64,000 bases of DNA, taken from NCBI RefSeq assembly GCF_009914755.1, contig NC_060932.1. One strand, given 5' to 3'. This DNA is from the human T2T-CHM13v2.0 reference genome, Homo sapiens. Below are positions 1-11,200 of the stretch, piece after piece. A model generated the notes under the pieces. The model did not search any database, was not told the origin of the DNA, and saw nothing but the letters and a program-made list of their open reading frames with translations. Positions within the stretch are counted from its first letter, which is position 1, and the number at the start of each line of letters is the position of its first letter. The position numbers and the translations under genes are program-made.

Positions 1-309
1 AGTAGACAGCAGCATTCTCAGAAACTTCTTTGTGATGTTTGCATCCAGCTCTCAGAGTTGAACATTCCCTTTCATAGAGTAGGTTTGAAACCCTCTTTTT
101 ATAGTGTCTGGAAGCGGGCATTTGGAGCGCTTTCAGGCCTATGCTGAAAAAGGAAATATCTACCTATAGAAACTAGACAGAAGCATTCTGAGAATCACGT
201 TTGTGATGTGGGTACTCAACTAACAGTGTTGATCCATTCTTTTGATACAGCAGTTTTGAACCACACTTTTTGTAGAATCTGCAAGTGGATATTTGGATAG
301 CTGTGAGGA

Positions 310-326
310 TTTCGTTGGAAACGGGA
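310..326 (+). promoter_or_regulatory. CENP-B box, monomer b (representative; present in 11-mers and 7-mers)
   Basis: TTTCGTTGGAAACGGGA matches NTTCGNNNNANNCGGGN. Confidence 0.95.
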
Positions 327-480
327 ATGTCTTCATAGAAAATTTAGACAGAAGCATTCTCAGAACCTTGATTGTGATGTGTGTTCTCCACTAACAGAGT
401 TGAACCTTTCTTTTGACAGAACTGTTCTGAAACATTCTTTTTATAGAATCTGGAAGTGGATATTTGGAAAGCTTTGAGGA

Positions 481-497
481 TTTCGTTGGAAACGGGA
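481..497 (+). promoter_or_regulatory. CENP-B box, monomer c (representative)
   Basis: TTTCGTTGGAAACGGGA, 171 bp after the monomer b box. Confidence 0.95.
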
Positions 498-822
498 ATA
501 TCTTCAAATCAAATCTAGCCAGAAGCATTCTAAGAAACATCTTAGGGATGTTTACATTCAAGTCACAGAGTTGAACATTCCCTTTCACAGAGCAGGTTTG
601 AAACAATCTTCTCGTACTATCTGGCAGTGGACATTTTGAGCTCCTTGGGGCCTATGCTGAAAAAGGAAATATCTTCCGACAAAAACTAGACAGAAGCATT
701 CGCAGAATCACGTTTGTGATGTGTGCACTCAACTGTCAGAATTGAACCTTGGTTTGGACAGAGCACTTTTGAAACACTCTTTTTGTAGAATCTGCAGGTG
801 GATATTTGGCTAGCTTTGAGGA

Positions 823-839
823 TTTCGTTGGAAACGGTA
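823..839 (+). promoter_or_regulatory. Degenerate CENP-B box, monomer e (CGGG>CGGT; present in every HOR unit)
   Basis: TTTCGTTGGAAACGGTA; position 16, one of the nine core bases, is altered. Confidence 0.88.
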
Positions 840-1164
840 ATGTCTTCAAAGAAAATCTAGACAGAAGCATTCTCAGAAACACCTTCGTGATGTTTGCAAT
901 CAAGTCACAGAGTTGAACCTTCCGTTTCATAGAGCAGGTTGGAAACACTCTTTTTGTAGTATCTGGAAGTGGACATTGGGAGGGCTTTGTAGCCTATGTG
1001 GAAAAAGGAAATATCTTCCCATGAATGCGAGATAGAAGTAATCTCAGAAACATGTTTATGCTGTATCTACTCAACTAACTGTGCTGAACATTTCTATTGA
1101 TAGAGCAGTTTTGAGACACTCTTCTTTTGGAATCTGCAAGTGGATATTTGGATAGATTTGAGGA

Positions 1165-1181
1165 TTTCGTTGGAAACGGGA
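1165..1181 (+). promoter_or_regulatory. CENP-B box, monomer k (representative)
   Basis: TTTCGTTGGAAACGGGA. Confidence 0.95.
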
Positions 1182-2186
1182 TTATATATCAAAAGTAGAC
1201 AGCAGCATTCTCAGAAACTTCTTTGTGATGTTTGCATCCAGCTCTCAGAGTTGAACATTCCCTTTCATAGAGTAGGTTTGAAACCCTCTTTTTATAGTGT
1301 CTGGAAGCGGGCATTTGGAGCGCTTTCAGGCCTATGCTGAAAAAGGAAATATCTACCTATAGAAACTAGACAGAAGCATTCTGAGAATCACGTTTGTGAT
1401 GTGGGTACTCAACTAACAGTGTTGATCCATTCTTTTGATACAGCAGTTTTGAACCACACTTTTTGTAGAATCTGCAAGTGGATATTTGGATAGCTGTGAG
1501 GATTTCGTTGGAAACGGGAATGTCTTCATAGAAAATTTAGACAGAAGCATTCTCAGAACCTTGATTGTGATGTGTGTTCTCCACTAACAGAGTTGAACCT
1601 TTCTTTTGACAGAACTGTTCTGAAACATTCTTTTTATAGAATCTGGAAGTGGATATTTGGAAAGCTTTGAGGATTTCGTTGGAAACGGGAATATCTTCAA
1701 ATCAAATCTAGCCAGAAGCATTCTAAGAAACATCTTAGGGATGTTTACATTCAAGTCACAGAGTTGAACATTCCCTTTCACAGAGCAGGTTTGAAACAAT
1801 CTTCTCGTACTATCTGGCAGTGGACATTTTGAGCTCCTTGGGGCCTATGCTGAAAAAGGAAATATCTTCCGACAAAAACTAGACAGAAGCATTCGCAGAA
1901 TCACGTTTGTGATGTGTGCACTCAACTGTCAGAATTGAACCTTGGTTTGGACAGAGCACTTTTGAAACACTCTTTTTGTAGAATCTGCAGGTGGATATTT
2001 GGCTAGCTTTGAGGATTTCGTTGGAAACGGTAATGTCTTCAAAGAAAATCTAGACAGAAGCATTCTCAGAAACACCTTCGTGATGTTTGCAATCAAGTCA
2101 CAGAGTTGAACCTTCCGTTTCATAGAGCAGGTTGGAAACACTCTTTTTGTAGTATCTGGAAGTGGACATTTGGAGCGCTTTCAGGC

Positions 2187-2203
2187 CTATGGTGAAAAAG
2201 GAA
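2187..2203 (+). promoter_or_regulatory. pJ-alpha motif (A-box), monomer f of the 11-mer
   Basis: CTATGGTGAAAAAGGAA matches CTAYGGTGRAAAAGGAA at the position occupied by the CENP-B box in B monomers. Confidence 0.75.
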
Positions 2204-2356
2204 ATATCTTCCCATAAAAACGACATAGAAGCTATCTCAGGAACTTGTTTATGATGCATCTAATCAACTAACAGTGTTGAACCTTTGTACTGACAGAGCA
2301 GTTTGAAACACTCTTTTTTTGGAATCTGCAAGTGGATATTTGGATCGCTTTGAGGA

Positions 2357-2373
2357 TTTCGTTGGAAACGGGA
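2357..2373 (+). promoter_or_regulatory. CENP-B box, monomer g (11-mer only)
   Basis: TTTCGTTGGAAACGGGA. Confidence 0.95.
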
Positions 2374-2523
2374 TGCAATATAAAACGTACACAGCAGCAT
2401 ACTCAGAAAATACTTTGCCATATTTCCATTCAAGTCACAGAGTGGAACATTCCCATTCATAGAGCAGGTTTGAAACACTCTTTTTGGAGTATCTGGAAGT
2501 GGACATTTGGAGCGCTTTCTGAA

Positions 2524-2540
2524 CTATGGTGAAAAAGGAA
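2524..2540 (+). promoter_or_regulatory. pJ-alpha motif (A-box), monomer h of the 11-mer
   Basis: CTATGGTGAAAAAGGAA. Confidence 0.75.
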
Positions 2541-2694
2541 ATATCTTCCAATGAAAACAAGACAGAAGCATTCTGAGAAACTTATTTGTGATGTGTGTCC
2601 TCAACAAACGGACTTGAACCTTTCGTTTCATGCAGTACTTCTGGAACACTCTTTTTGAAGATTCTGCATGCGGATATTTGGATAGCTTTGAGGA

Positions 2695-2711
2695 TTTCGT
2701 TGGAAACGGGC
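2695..2711 (+). promoter_or_regulatory. CENP-B box, monomer i (11-mer only)
   Basis: TTTCGTTGGAAACGGGC; all nine core positions intact. Confidence 0.92.
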
Positions 2712-4257
2712 TTACATGTAAAAATTAGACAGCAGCATTCTCAGAAACTTCTTTGTGGTGTCTGCATTCAAGTCACAGAATTGAACATCCCCTCACATAG
2801 AGCAGTTGTGCAGCACTCTATTTGTAGTATCTGGAAGTGGACATTTGGAGGGCTTTGTAGCCTATCTGGAAAAAGGAAATATCTTCCCATGAATGCGAGA
2901 TAGAAGTAATCTCAGAAACATGTTTATGCTGTATCTACTCAACTAACTGTGCTGAACATTTCTATTGATAGAGCAGTTTTGAGACACTCTTCTTTTGGAA
3001 TCTGCAAGTGGATATTTGGATAGATTTGAGGATTTCGTTGGAAACGGGATTATATATAAAAAGTAGACAGCAGCATTCTCAGAAACTTCTTTGTGATGTT
3101 TGCATCCAGCTCTCAGAGTTGAACATTCCCTTTCATAGAGTAGGTTTGAAACCCTCTTTTTATAGTGTCTGGAAGCGGGCATTTGGAGCGCTTTCAGGCC
3201 TATGCTGAAAAAGGAAATATCTACCTATAGAAACTAGACAGAAGCATTCTGAGAATCACGTTTGTGATGTGGGTACTCAACTAACAGTGTTGATCCATTC
3301 TTTTGATACAGCAGTTTTGAACCACACTTTTTGTAGAATCTGCAAGTGGATATTTGGATAGCTGTGAGGATTTCGTTGGAAACGGGAATGTCTTCATAGA
3401 AAATTTAGACAGAAGCATTCTCAGAACCTTGATTGTGATGTGTGTTCTCCACTAACAGAGTTGAACCTTTCTTTTGACAGAACTGTTCTGAAACATTCTT
3501 TTTATAGAATCTGGAAGTGGATATTTGGAAAGCTTTGAGGATTTCGTTGGAAACGGGAATATCTTCAAATCAAATCTAGCCAGAAGCATTCTAAGAAACA
3601 TCTTAGGGATGTTTACATTCAAGTCACAGAGTTGAACATTCCCTTTCACAGAGCAGGTTTGAAACAATCTTCTCGTACTATCTGGCAGTGGACATTTTGA
3701 GCTCCTTGGGGCCTATGCTGAAAAAGGAAATATCTTCCGACAAAAACTAGACAGAAGCATTCGCAGAATCACGTTTGTGATGTGTGCACTCAACTGTCAG
3801 AATTGAACCTTGGTTTGGACAGAGCACTTTTGAAACACTCTTTTTGTAGAATCTGCAGGTGGATATTTGGCTAGCTTTGAGGATTTCGTTGGAAACGGTA
3901 ATGTCTTCAAAGAAAATCTAGACAGAAGCATTCTCAGAAACACCTTCGTGATGTTTGCAATCAAGTCACAGAGTTGAACCTTCCGTTTCATAGAGCAGGT
4001 TGGAAACACTCTTTTTGTAGTATCTGGAAGTGGACATTTGGAGGGCTTTGTAGCCTATCTGGAAAAAGGAAATATCTTCCCATGAATGCGAGATAGAAGT
4101 AATCTCAGAAACATGTTTATGCTGTATCTACTCAACTAACTGTGCTGAACATTTCTATTGATAGAGCAGTTTTGAGACACTCTTCTTTTGGAATCTGCAA
4201 GTGGATATTTGGATAGATTTGAGGATTTCGTTGGAAACGGGATTATATATCAAAAGT

Positions 4258-5279
4258 AGACAGCAGCATTCTCAGAAACTTCTTTGTGATGTTTGCATCC
4301 AGCTCTCAGAGTTGAACATTCCCTTTCATAGAGTAGGTTTGAAACCCTCTTTTTATAGTGTCTGGAAGCGGGCATTTGGAGCGCTTTCAGGCCTATGCTG
4401 AAAAAGGAAATATCTACCTATAGAAACTAGACAGAAGCATTCTGAGAATCACGTTTGTGATGTGGGTACTCAACTAACAGTGTTGATCCATTCTTTTGAT
4501 ACAGCAGTTTTGAACCACACTTTTTGTAGAATCTGGAAGTGGATATTTGGAAAGCTTTGAGGATTTCGTTGGAAACGGGAATATCTTCAAATAAAATCTA
4601 GCCAGAAGCATTCTAAGAAACATCTTAGGGATGTTTACATTCAAGTCACAGAGTTGAACATTCCCTTTCACAGAGCAGGTTTGAAACAATCTTCTCGTAC
4701 TATCTGGCAGTGGACATTTTGAGCTCCTTGGGGCCTATGCTGAAAAAGGAAATATCTTCCGACAAAAACTAGACAGAAGCATTCGCAGAATCACGTTTGT
4801 GATGTGTGCACTCAACTGTCAGAATTGAACCTTGGTTTGGACAGAGCACTTTTGAAACACTCTTTTTGTAGAATCTGCAGGTGGATATTTGGCTAGCTTT
4901 GAGGATTTCGTTGGAAACGGTAATGTCTTCAAAGAAAATCTAGACAGAAGCATTCTCAGAAACACCTTCGTGATGTTTGCAATCAAGTCACAGAGTTGAA
5001 CCTTCCGTTTCATAGAGCAGGTTGGAAACACTCTTTTTGTAGTATCTGGAAGTGGACATTTGGAGGGCTTTGTAGCCTATCTGGAAAAAGGAAATATCTT
5101 CCCATGAATGCGAGATAGAAGTAATCTCAGAAACATGTTTATGCTGTATCTACTCAACTAACTGTGCTGAACATTTCTATTGATAGAGCAGTTTTGAGAC
5201 ACTCTTCTTTTGGAATCTGCAAGTGGATATTTGGATAGATTTGAGGATTTCGTTGGAAACGGGATTATATATCAAAAGT
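4258..5279 (+). repeat. 6-mer HOR variant (1022 bp; a,b/c,d,e,f/j,k)
   Basis: Spacing 4201 to 5223; hybrid junction gaaccacactttttgtagaatctg|gaagtggatatttggaaagc at about 4527-4535. Confidence 0.95.
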
Positions 5280-8200
5280 AGACAGCAGCATTCTCAGAAA
5301 CTTCTTTGTGATGTTTGCATCCAGCTCTCAGAGTTGAACATTCCCTTTCATAGAGTAGGTTTGAAACCCTCTTTTTATAGTGTCTGGAAGCGGGCATTTG
5401 GAGCGCTTTCAGGCCTATGCTGAAAAAGGAAATATCTACCTATAGAAACTAGACAGAAGCATTCTGAGAATCACGTTTGTGATGTGGGTACTCAACTAAC
5501 AGTGTTGATCCATTCTTTTGATACAGCAGTTTTGAACCACACTTTTTGTAGAATCTGCAAGTGGATATTTGGATAGCTGTGAGGATTTCGTTGGAAACGG
5601 GAATGTCTTCATAGAAAATTTAGACAGAAGCATTCTCAGAACCTTGATTGTGATGTGTGTTCTCCACTAACAGAGTTGAACCTTTCTTTTGACAGAACTG
5701 TTCTGAAACATTCTTTTTATAGAATCTGGAAGTGGATATTTGGAAAGCTTTGAGGATTTCGTTGGAAACGGGAATATCTTCAAATCAAATCTAGCCAGAA
5801 GCATTCTAAGAAACATCTTAGGGATGTTTACATTCAAGTCACAGAGTTGAACATTCCCTTTCACAGAGCAGGTTTGAAACAATCTTCTCGTACTATCTGG
5901 CAGTGGACATTTTGAGCTCCTTGGGGCCTATGCTGAAAAAGGAAATATCTTCCGACAAAAACTAGACAGAAGCATTCGCAGAATCACGTTTGTGATGTGT
6001 GCACTCAACTGTCAGAATTGAACCTTGGTTTGGACAGAGCACTTTTGAAACACTCTTTTTGTAGAATCTGCAGGTGGATATTTGGCTAGCTTTGAGGATT
6101 TCGTTGGAAACGGTAATGTCTTCAAAGAAAATCTAGACAGAAGCATTCTCAGAAACACCTTCGTGATGTTTGCAATCAAGTCACAGAGTTGAACCTTCCG
6201 TTTCATAGAGCAGGTTGGAAACACTCTTTCTGTAGTATCTGGAAGTGGACATTTGGAGGGCTTTGTAGCCTATCTGGAAAAAGGAAATATCTTCCCATGA
6301 ATGCGAGATAGAAGTAATCTCAGAAACATGTTTATGCTGTATCTACTCAACTAACTGTGCTGAACATTTCTATTGATAGAGCAGTTTTGAGACACTCTTC
6401 TTTTGGAATCTGCAAGTGGATATTTGGATAGATTTGAGGATTTCGTTGGAAACGGGATTATATATCAAAAGTAGACAGCAGCATTCTCAGAAACTTCTTT
6501 GTGATGTTTGCATCCAGCTCTCAGAGTTGAACATTCCCTTTCATAGAGTAGGTTTGAAACCCTCTTTTTATAGTGTCTGGAAGCGGGCATTTGGAGCGCT
6601 TTCAGGCCTATGCTGAAAAAGGAAATATCTACCTATAGAAACTAGACAGAAGCATTCTGAGAATCACGTTTGTGATGTGGGTACTCAACTAACAGTGTTG
6701 ATCCATTCTTTTGATACAGCAGTTTTGAACCACACTTTTTGTAGAATCTGCAAGTGGATATTTGGATAGCTGTGAGGATTTCGTTGGAAACGGGAATGTC
6801 TTCATAGAAAATTTAGACAGAAGCATTCTCAGAACCTTGATTGTGATGTGTGTTCTCCACTAACAGAGTTGAACCTTTCTTTTGACAGAACTGTTCTGAA
6901 ACATTCTTTTTATAGAATCTGGAAGTGGATATTTGGAAAGCTTTGAGGATTTCGTTGGAAACGGGAATATCTTCAAATCAAATCTAGCCAGAAGCATTCT
7001 AAGAAACATCTTAGGGATGTTTACATTCAAGTCACAGAGTTGAACATTCCCTTTCACAGAGCAGGTTTGAAACAATCTTCTCGTACTATCTGGCAGTGGA
7101 CATTTTGAGCTCCTTGGGGCCTATGCTGAAAAAGGAAATATCTTCCGACAAAAACTAGACAGAAGCATTCGCAGAATCACGTTTGTGATGTGTGCACTCA
7201 ACTGTCAGAATTGAACCTTGGTTTGGACAGAGCACTTTTGAAACACTCTTTTTGTAGAATCTGCAGGTGGATATTTGGCTAGCTTTGAGGATTTCGTTGG
7301 AAACGGTAATGTCTTCAAAGAAAATCTAGACAGAAGCATTCTCAGAAACACCTTCGTGATGTTTGCAATCAAGTCACAGAGTTGAACCTTCCGTTTCATA
7401 GAGCAGGTTGGAAACACTCTTTTTGTAGTATCTGGAAGTGGACATTTGGAGCGCTTTCAGGCCTATGGTGAAAAAGGAAATATCTTCCCATAAAAACGAC
7501 ATAGAAGCTATCTCAGGAACTTGTTTATGATGCATCTAATCAACTAACAGTGTTGAACCTTTGTACTGACAGAGCAGTTTGAAACACTCTTTTTTTGGAA
7601 TCTGCAAGTGGATATTTGGATCGCTTTGAGGATTTCGTTGGAAACGGGATGCAATATAAAACGTACACAGCAGCATACTCAGAAAATACTTTGCCATATT
7701 TCCATTCAAGTCACAGAGTGGAACATTCCCATTCATAGAGCAGGTTTGAAACACTCTTTTTGGAGTATCTGGAAGTGGACATTTGGAGCGCTTTCTGAAC
7801 TATGGTGAAAAAGGAAATATCTTCCAATGAAAACAAGACAGAAGCATTCTGAGAAACTTATTTGTGATGTGTGTCCTCAACAAACGGACTTGAACCTTTC
7901 GTTTCATGCAGTACTTCTGGAACACTCTTTTTGAAGATTCTGCATGCGGATATTTGGATAGCTTTGAGGATTTCGTTGGAAACGGGCTTACATGTAAAAA
8001 TTAGACAGCAGCATTCTCAGAAACTTCTTTGTGGTGTCTGCATTCAAGTCACAGAATTGAACATCCCCTCACATAGAGCAGTTGTGCAGCACTCTATTTG
8101 TAGTATCTGGAAGTGGACATTTGGAGGGCTTTGTAGCCTATCTGGAAAAAGGAAATATCTTCCCATGAATGCGAGATAGAAGTAATCTCAGAAACATGTT

Positions 8201-11200
8201 TATGCTGTATCTACTCAACTAACTGTGCTGAACATTTCTATTGATAGAGCAGTTTTGAGACACTCTTCTTTTGGAATCTGCAAGTGGATATTTGGATAGA
8301 TTTGAGGATTTCGTTGGAAACGGGATTATATATAAAAAGTAGACAGCAGCATTCTCAGAAACTTCTTTGTGATGTTTGCATCCAGCTCTCAGAGTTGAAC
8401 ATTCCCTTTCATAGAGTAGGTTTGAAACCCTCTTTTTATAGTGTCTGGAAGCGGGCATTTGGAGCGCTTTCAGGCCTATGCTGAAAAAGGAAATATCTAC
8501 CTATAGAAACTAGACAGAAGCATTCTGAGAATCACGTTTGTGATGTGGGTACTCAACTAACAGTGTTGATCCATTCTTTTGATACAGCAGTTTTGAACCA
8601 CACTTTTTGTAGAATCTGCAAGTGGATATTTGGATAGCTGTGAGGATTTCGTTGGAAACGGGAATGTCTTCATAGAAAATTTAGACAGAAGCATTCTCAG
8701 AACCTTGATTGTGATGTGTGTTCTCCACTAACAGAGTTGAACCTTTCTTTTGACAGAACTGTTCTGAAACATTCTTTTTATAGAATCTGGAAGTGGATAT
8801 TTGGAAAGCTTTGAGGATTTCGTTGGAAACGGGAATATCTTCAAATAAAATCTAGCCAGAAGCATTCTAAGAAACATCTTAGGGATGTTTACATTCAAGT
8901 CACAGAGTTGAACATTCCCTTTCACAGAGCAGGTTTGAAACAATCTTCTCGTACTATCTGGCAGTGGACATTTTGAGCTCCTTGGGGCCTATGCTGAAAA
9001 AGGAAATATCTTCCGACAAAAACTAGACAGAAGCATTCGCAGAATCACGTTTGTGATGTGTGCACTCAACTGTCAGAATTGAACCTTGGTTTGGACAGAG
9101 CACTTTTGAAACACTCTTTTTGTAGAATCTGCAGGTGGATATTTGGCTAGCTTTGAGGATTTCGTTGGAAACGGTAATGTCTTCAAAGAAAATCTAGACA
9201 GAAGCATTCTCAGAAACACCTTCGTGATGTTTGCAATCAAGTCACAGAGTTGAACCTTCCGTTTCATAGAGCAGGTTGGAAACACTCTTTTTGTAGTATC
9301 TGGAAGTGGACATTTGGAGGGCTTTGTAGCCTATGTGGAAAAAGGAAATATCTTCCCATGAATGCGAGATAGAAGTAATCTCAGAAACATGTTTATGCTG
9401 TATCTACTCAACTAACTGTGCTGAACATTTCTATTGATAGAGCAGTTTTGAGACACTCTTCTTTTGGAATCTGCAAGTGGATATTTGGATAGATTTGAGG
9501 ATTTCGTTGGAAACGGGATTATATATAAAAAGTAGACAGCAGCATTCTCAGAAACTTCTTTGTGATGTTTGCATCCAGCTCTCAGAGTTGAACATTCCCT
9601 TTCATAGAGTAGGTTTGAAACCCTCTTTTTATAGTGTCTGGAAGCGGGCATTTGGAGCGCTTTCAGGCCTATGCTGAAAAAGGAAATATCTACCTATAGA
9701 AACTAGACAGAAGCATTCTGAGAATCACGTTTGTGATGTGGGTACTCAACTAACAGTGTTGATCCATTCTTTTGATACAGCAGTTTTGAACCACACTTTT
9801 TGTAGAATCTGCAAGTGGATATTTGGATAGCTGTGAGGATTTCGTTGGAAACGGGAATGTCTTCATAGAAAATTTAGACAGAAGCATTCTCAGAACCTTG
9901 ATTGTGATGTGTGTTCTCCACTAACAGAGTTGAACCTTTCTTTTGACAGAACTGTTCTGAAACATTCTTTTTATAGAATCTGGAAGTGGATATTTGGAAA
10001 GCTTTGAGGATTTCGTTGGAAACGGGAATATCTTCAAATCAAATCTAGCCAGAAGCATTCTAAGAAACATCTTAGGGATGTTTACATTCAAGTCACAGAG
10101 TTGAACATTCCCTTTCACAGAGCAGGTTTGAAACAATCTTCTCGTACTATCTGGCAGTGGACATTTTGAGCTCCTTGGGGCCTATGCTGAAAAAGGAAAT
10201 ATCTTCCGACAAAAACTAGACAGAAGCATTCGCAGAATCACGTTTGTGATGTGTGCACTCAACTGTCAGAATTGAACCTTGGTTTGGACAGAGCACTTTT
10301 GAAACACTCTTTTTGTAGAATCTGCAGGTGGATATTTGGCTAGCTTTGAGGATTTCGTTGGAAACGGTAATGTCTTCAAAGAAAATCTAGACAGAAGCAT
10401 TCTCAGAAACACCTTCGTGATGTTTGCAATCAAGTCACAGAGTTGAACCTTCCGTTTCATAGAGCAGGTTGGAAACACTCTTTTTGTAGTATCTGGAAGT
10501 GGACATTTGGAGCGCTTTCAGGCCTATGGTGAAAAAGGAAATATCTTCCCATAAAAACGACATAGAAGCTATCTCAGGAACTTGTTTATGATGCATCTAA
10601 TCAACTAACAGTGTTGAACCTTTGTACTGACAGAGCAGTTTGAAACACTCTTTTTTTGGAATCTGCAAGTGGATATTTGGATCGCTTTGAGGATTTCGTT
10701 GGAAACGGGATGCAATATAAAACGTACACAGCAGCATACTCAGAAAATACTTTGCCATATTTCCATTCAAGTCACAGAGTGGAACATTCCCATTCATAGA
10801 GCAGGTTTGAAACACTCTTTTTGGAGTATCTGGAAGTGGACATTTGGAGCGCTTTCTGAACTATGGTGAAAAAGGAAATATCTTCCAATGAAAACAAGAC
10901 AGAAGCATTCTGAGAAACTTATTTGTGATGTGTGTCCTCAACAAACGGACTTGAACCTTTCGTTTCATGCAGTACTTCTGGAACACTCTTTTTGAAGATT
11001 CTGCATGCGGATATTTGGATAGCTTTGAGGATTTCGTTGGAAACGGGCTTACATGTAAAAATTAGACAGCAGCATTCTCAGAAACTTCTTTGTGGTGTCT
11101 GCATTCAAGTCACAGAATTGAACATCCCCTCACATAGAGCAGTTGTGCAGCACTCTATTTGTAGTATCTGGAAGTGGACATTTGGAGGGCTTTGTAGCCT

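Larger units (their letters stand above)
4..1196 (+). repeat. Representative 7-mer HOR (1193 bp: a,b,c,d,e,f/j,k). Other starts: 3065, 5280, 8341, 11402, 14463, 19392, 22453, 25514, 29597, 32658, 33851, 35044, 37259, 38451, 41512, 44573, 47634, 52563, 55624, 58685, 62768
   Basis: Spacing of 1193 bp between recurring marker ORFs (e.g. 3008 to 4201); lacks the g,h,i block; hybrid monomer has an f-type start (aaacaccttcg) and a j-type end (ggagggctttgtagcc). Confidence 0.95.
1197..3064 (+). repeat. Representative 11-mer HOR (1868 bp: a-k). Other starts: 6473, 9534, 12595, 15656, 17524, 20585, 23646, 27729, 30790, 39644, 42705, 45766, 48827, 50695, 53756, 56817, 60900
   Basis: Spacing of 1868 bp (1140 to 3008); 11 distinct monomers in the pattern A,B,B,A,B*,A,B,A,B,A,B. 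Confidence 0.95.

Noticed and set aside
310-1181. Regularly spaced conserved motif (gaggatttcgttggaaacggg) resembling a CRISPR repeat-spacer array
   Set aside because: The intervening sequences are ~150-320 bp, mutually homologous and repeated; the motif is the CENP-B box; no cas genes are present.
3052-3062. TATA-like element (tatatataaaa) at the end of monomer k
   Set aside because: An AT-rich satellite segment present only with one allele of a variable site; no evidence of promoter function from sequence alone.
1197-3064. Assignment to the other ~1.87-kb SF2 11-mer arrays (D13Z1/D21Z1) or to the chr9 7-mer array
   Set aside because: No regular EcoRI site per HOR, as I recall for the 13/21 family, and here the 7-mer is a deletion derivative of an 11-mer of distinct monomers, which fits D8Z2 better. 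Not excluded without an alignment.
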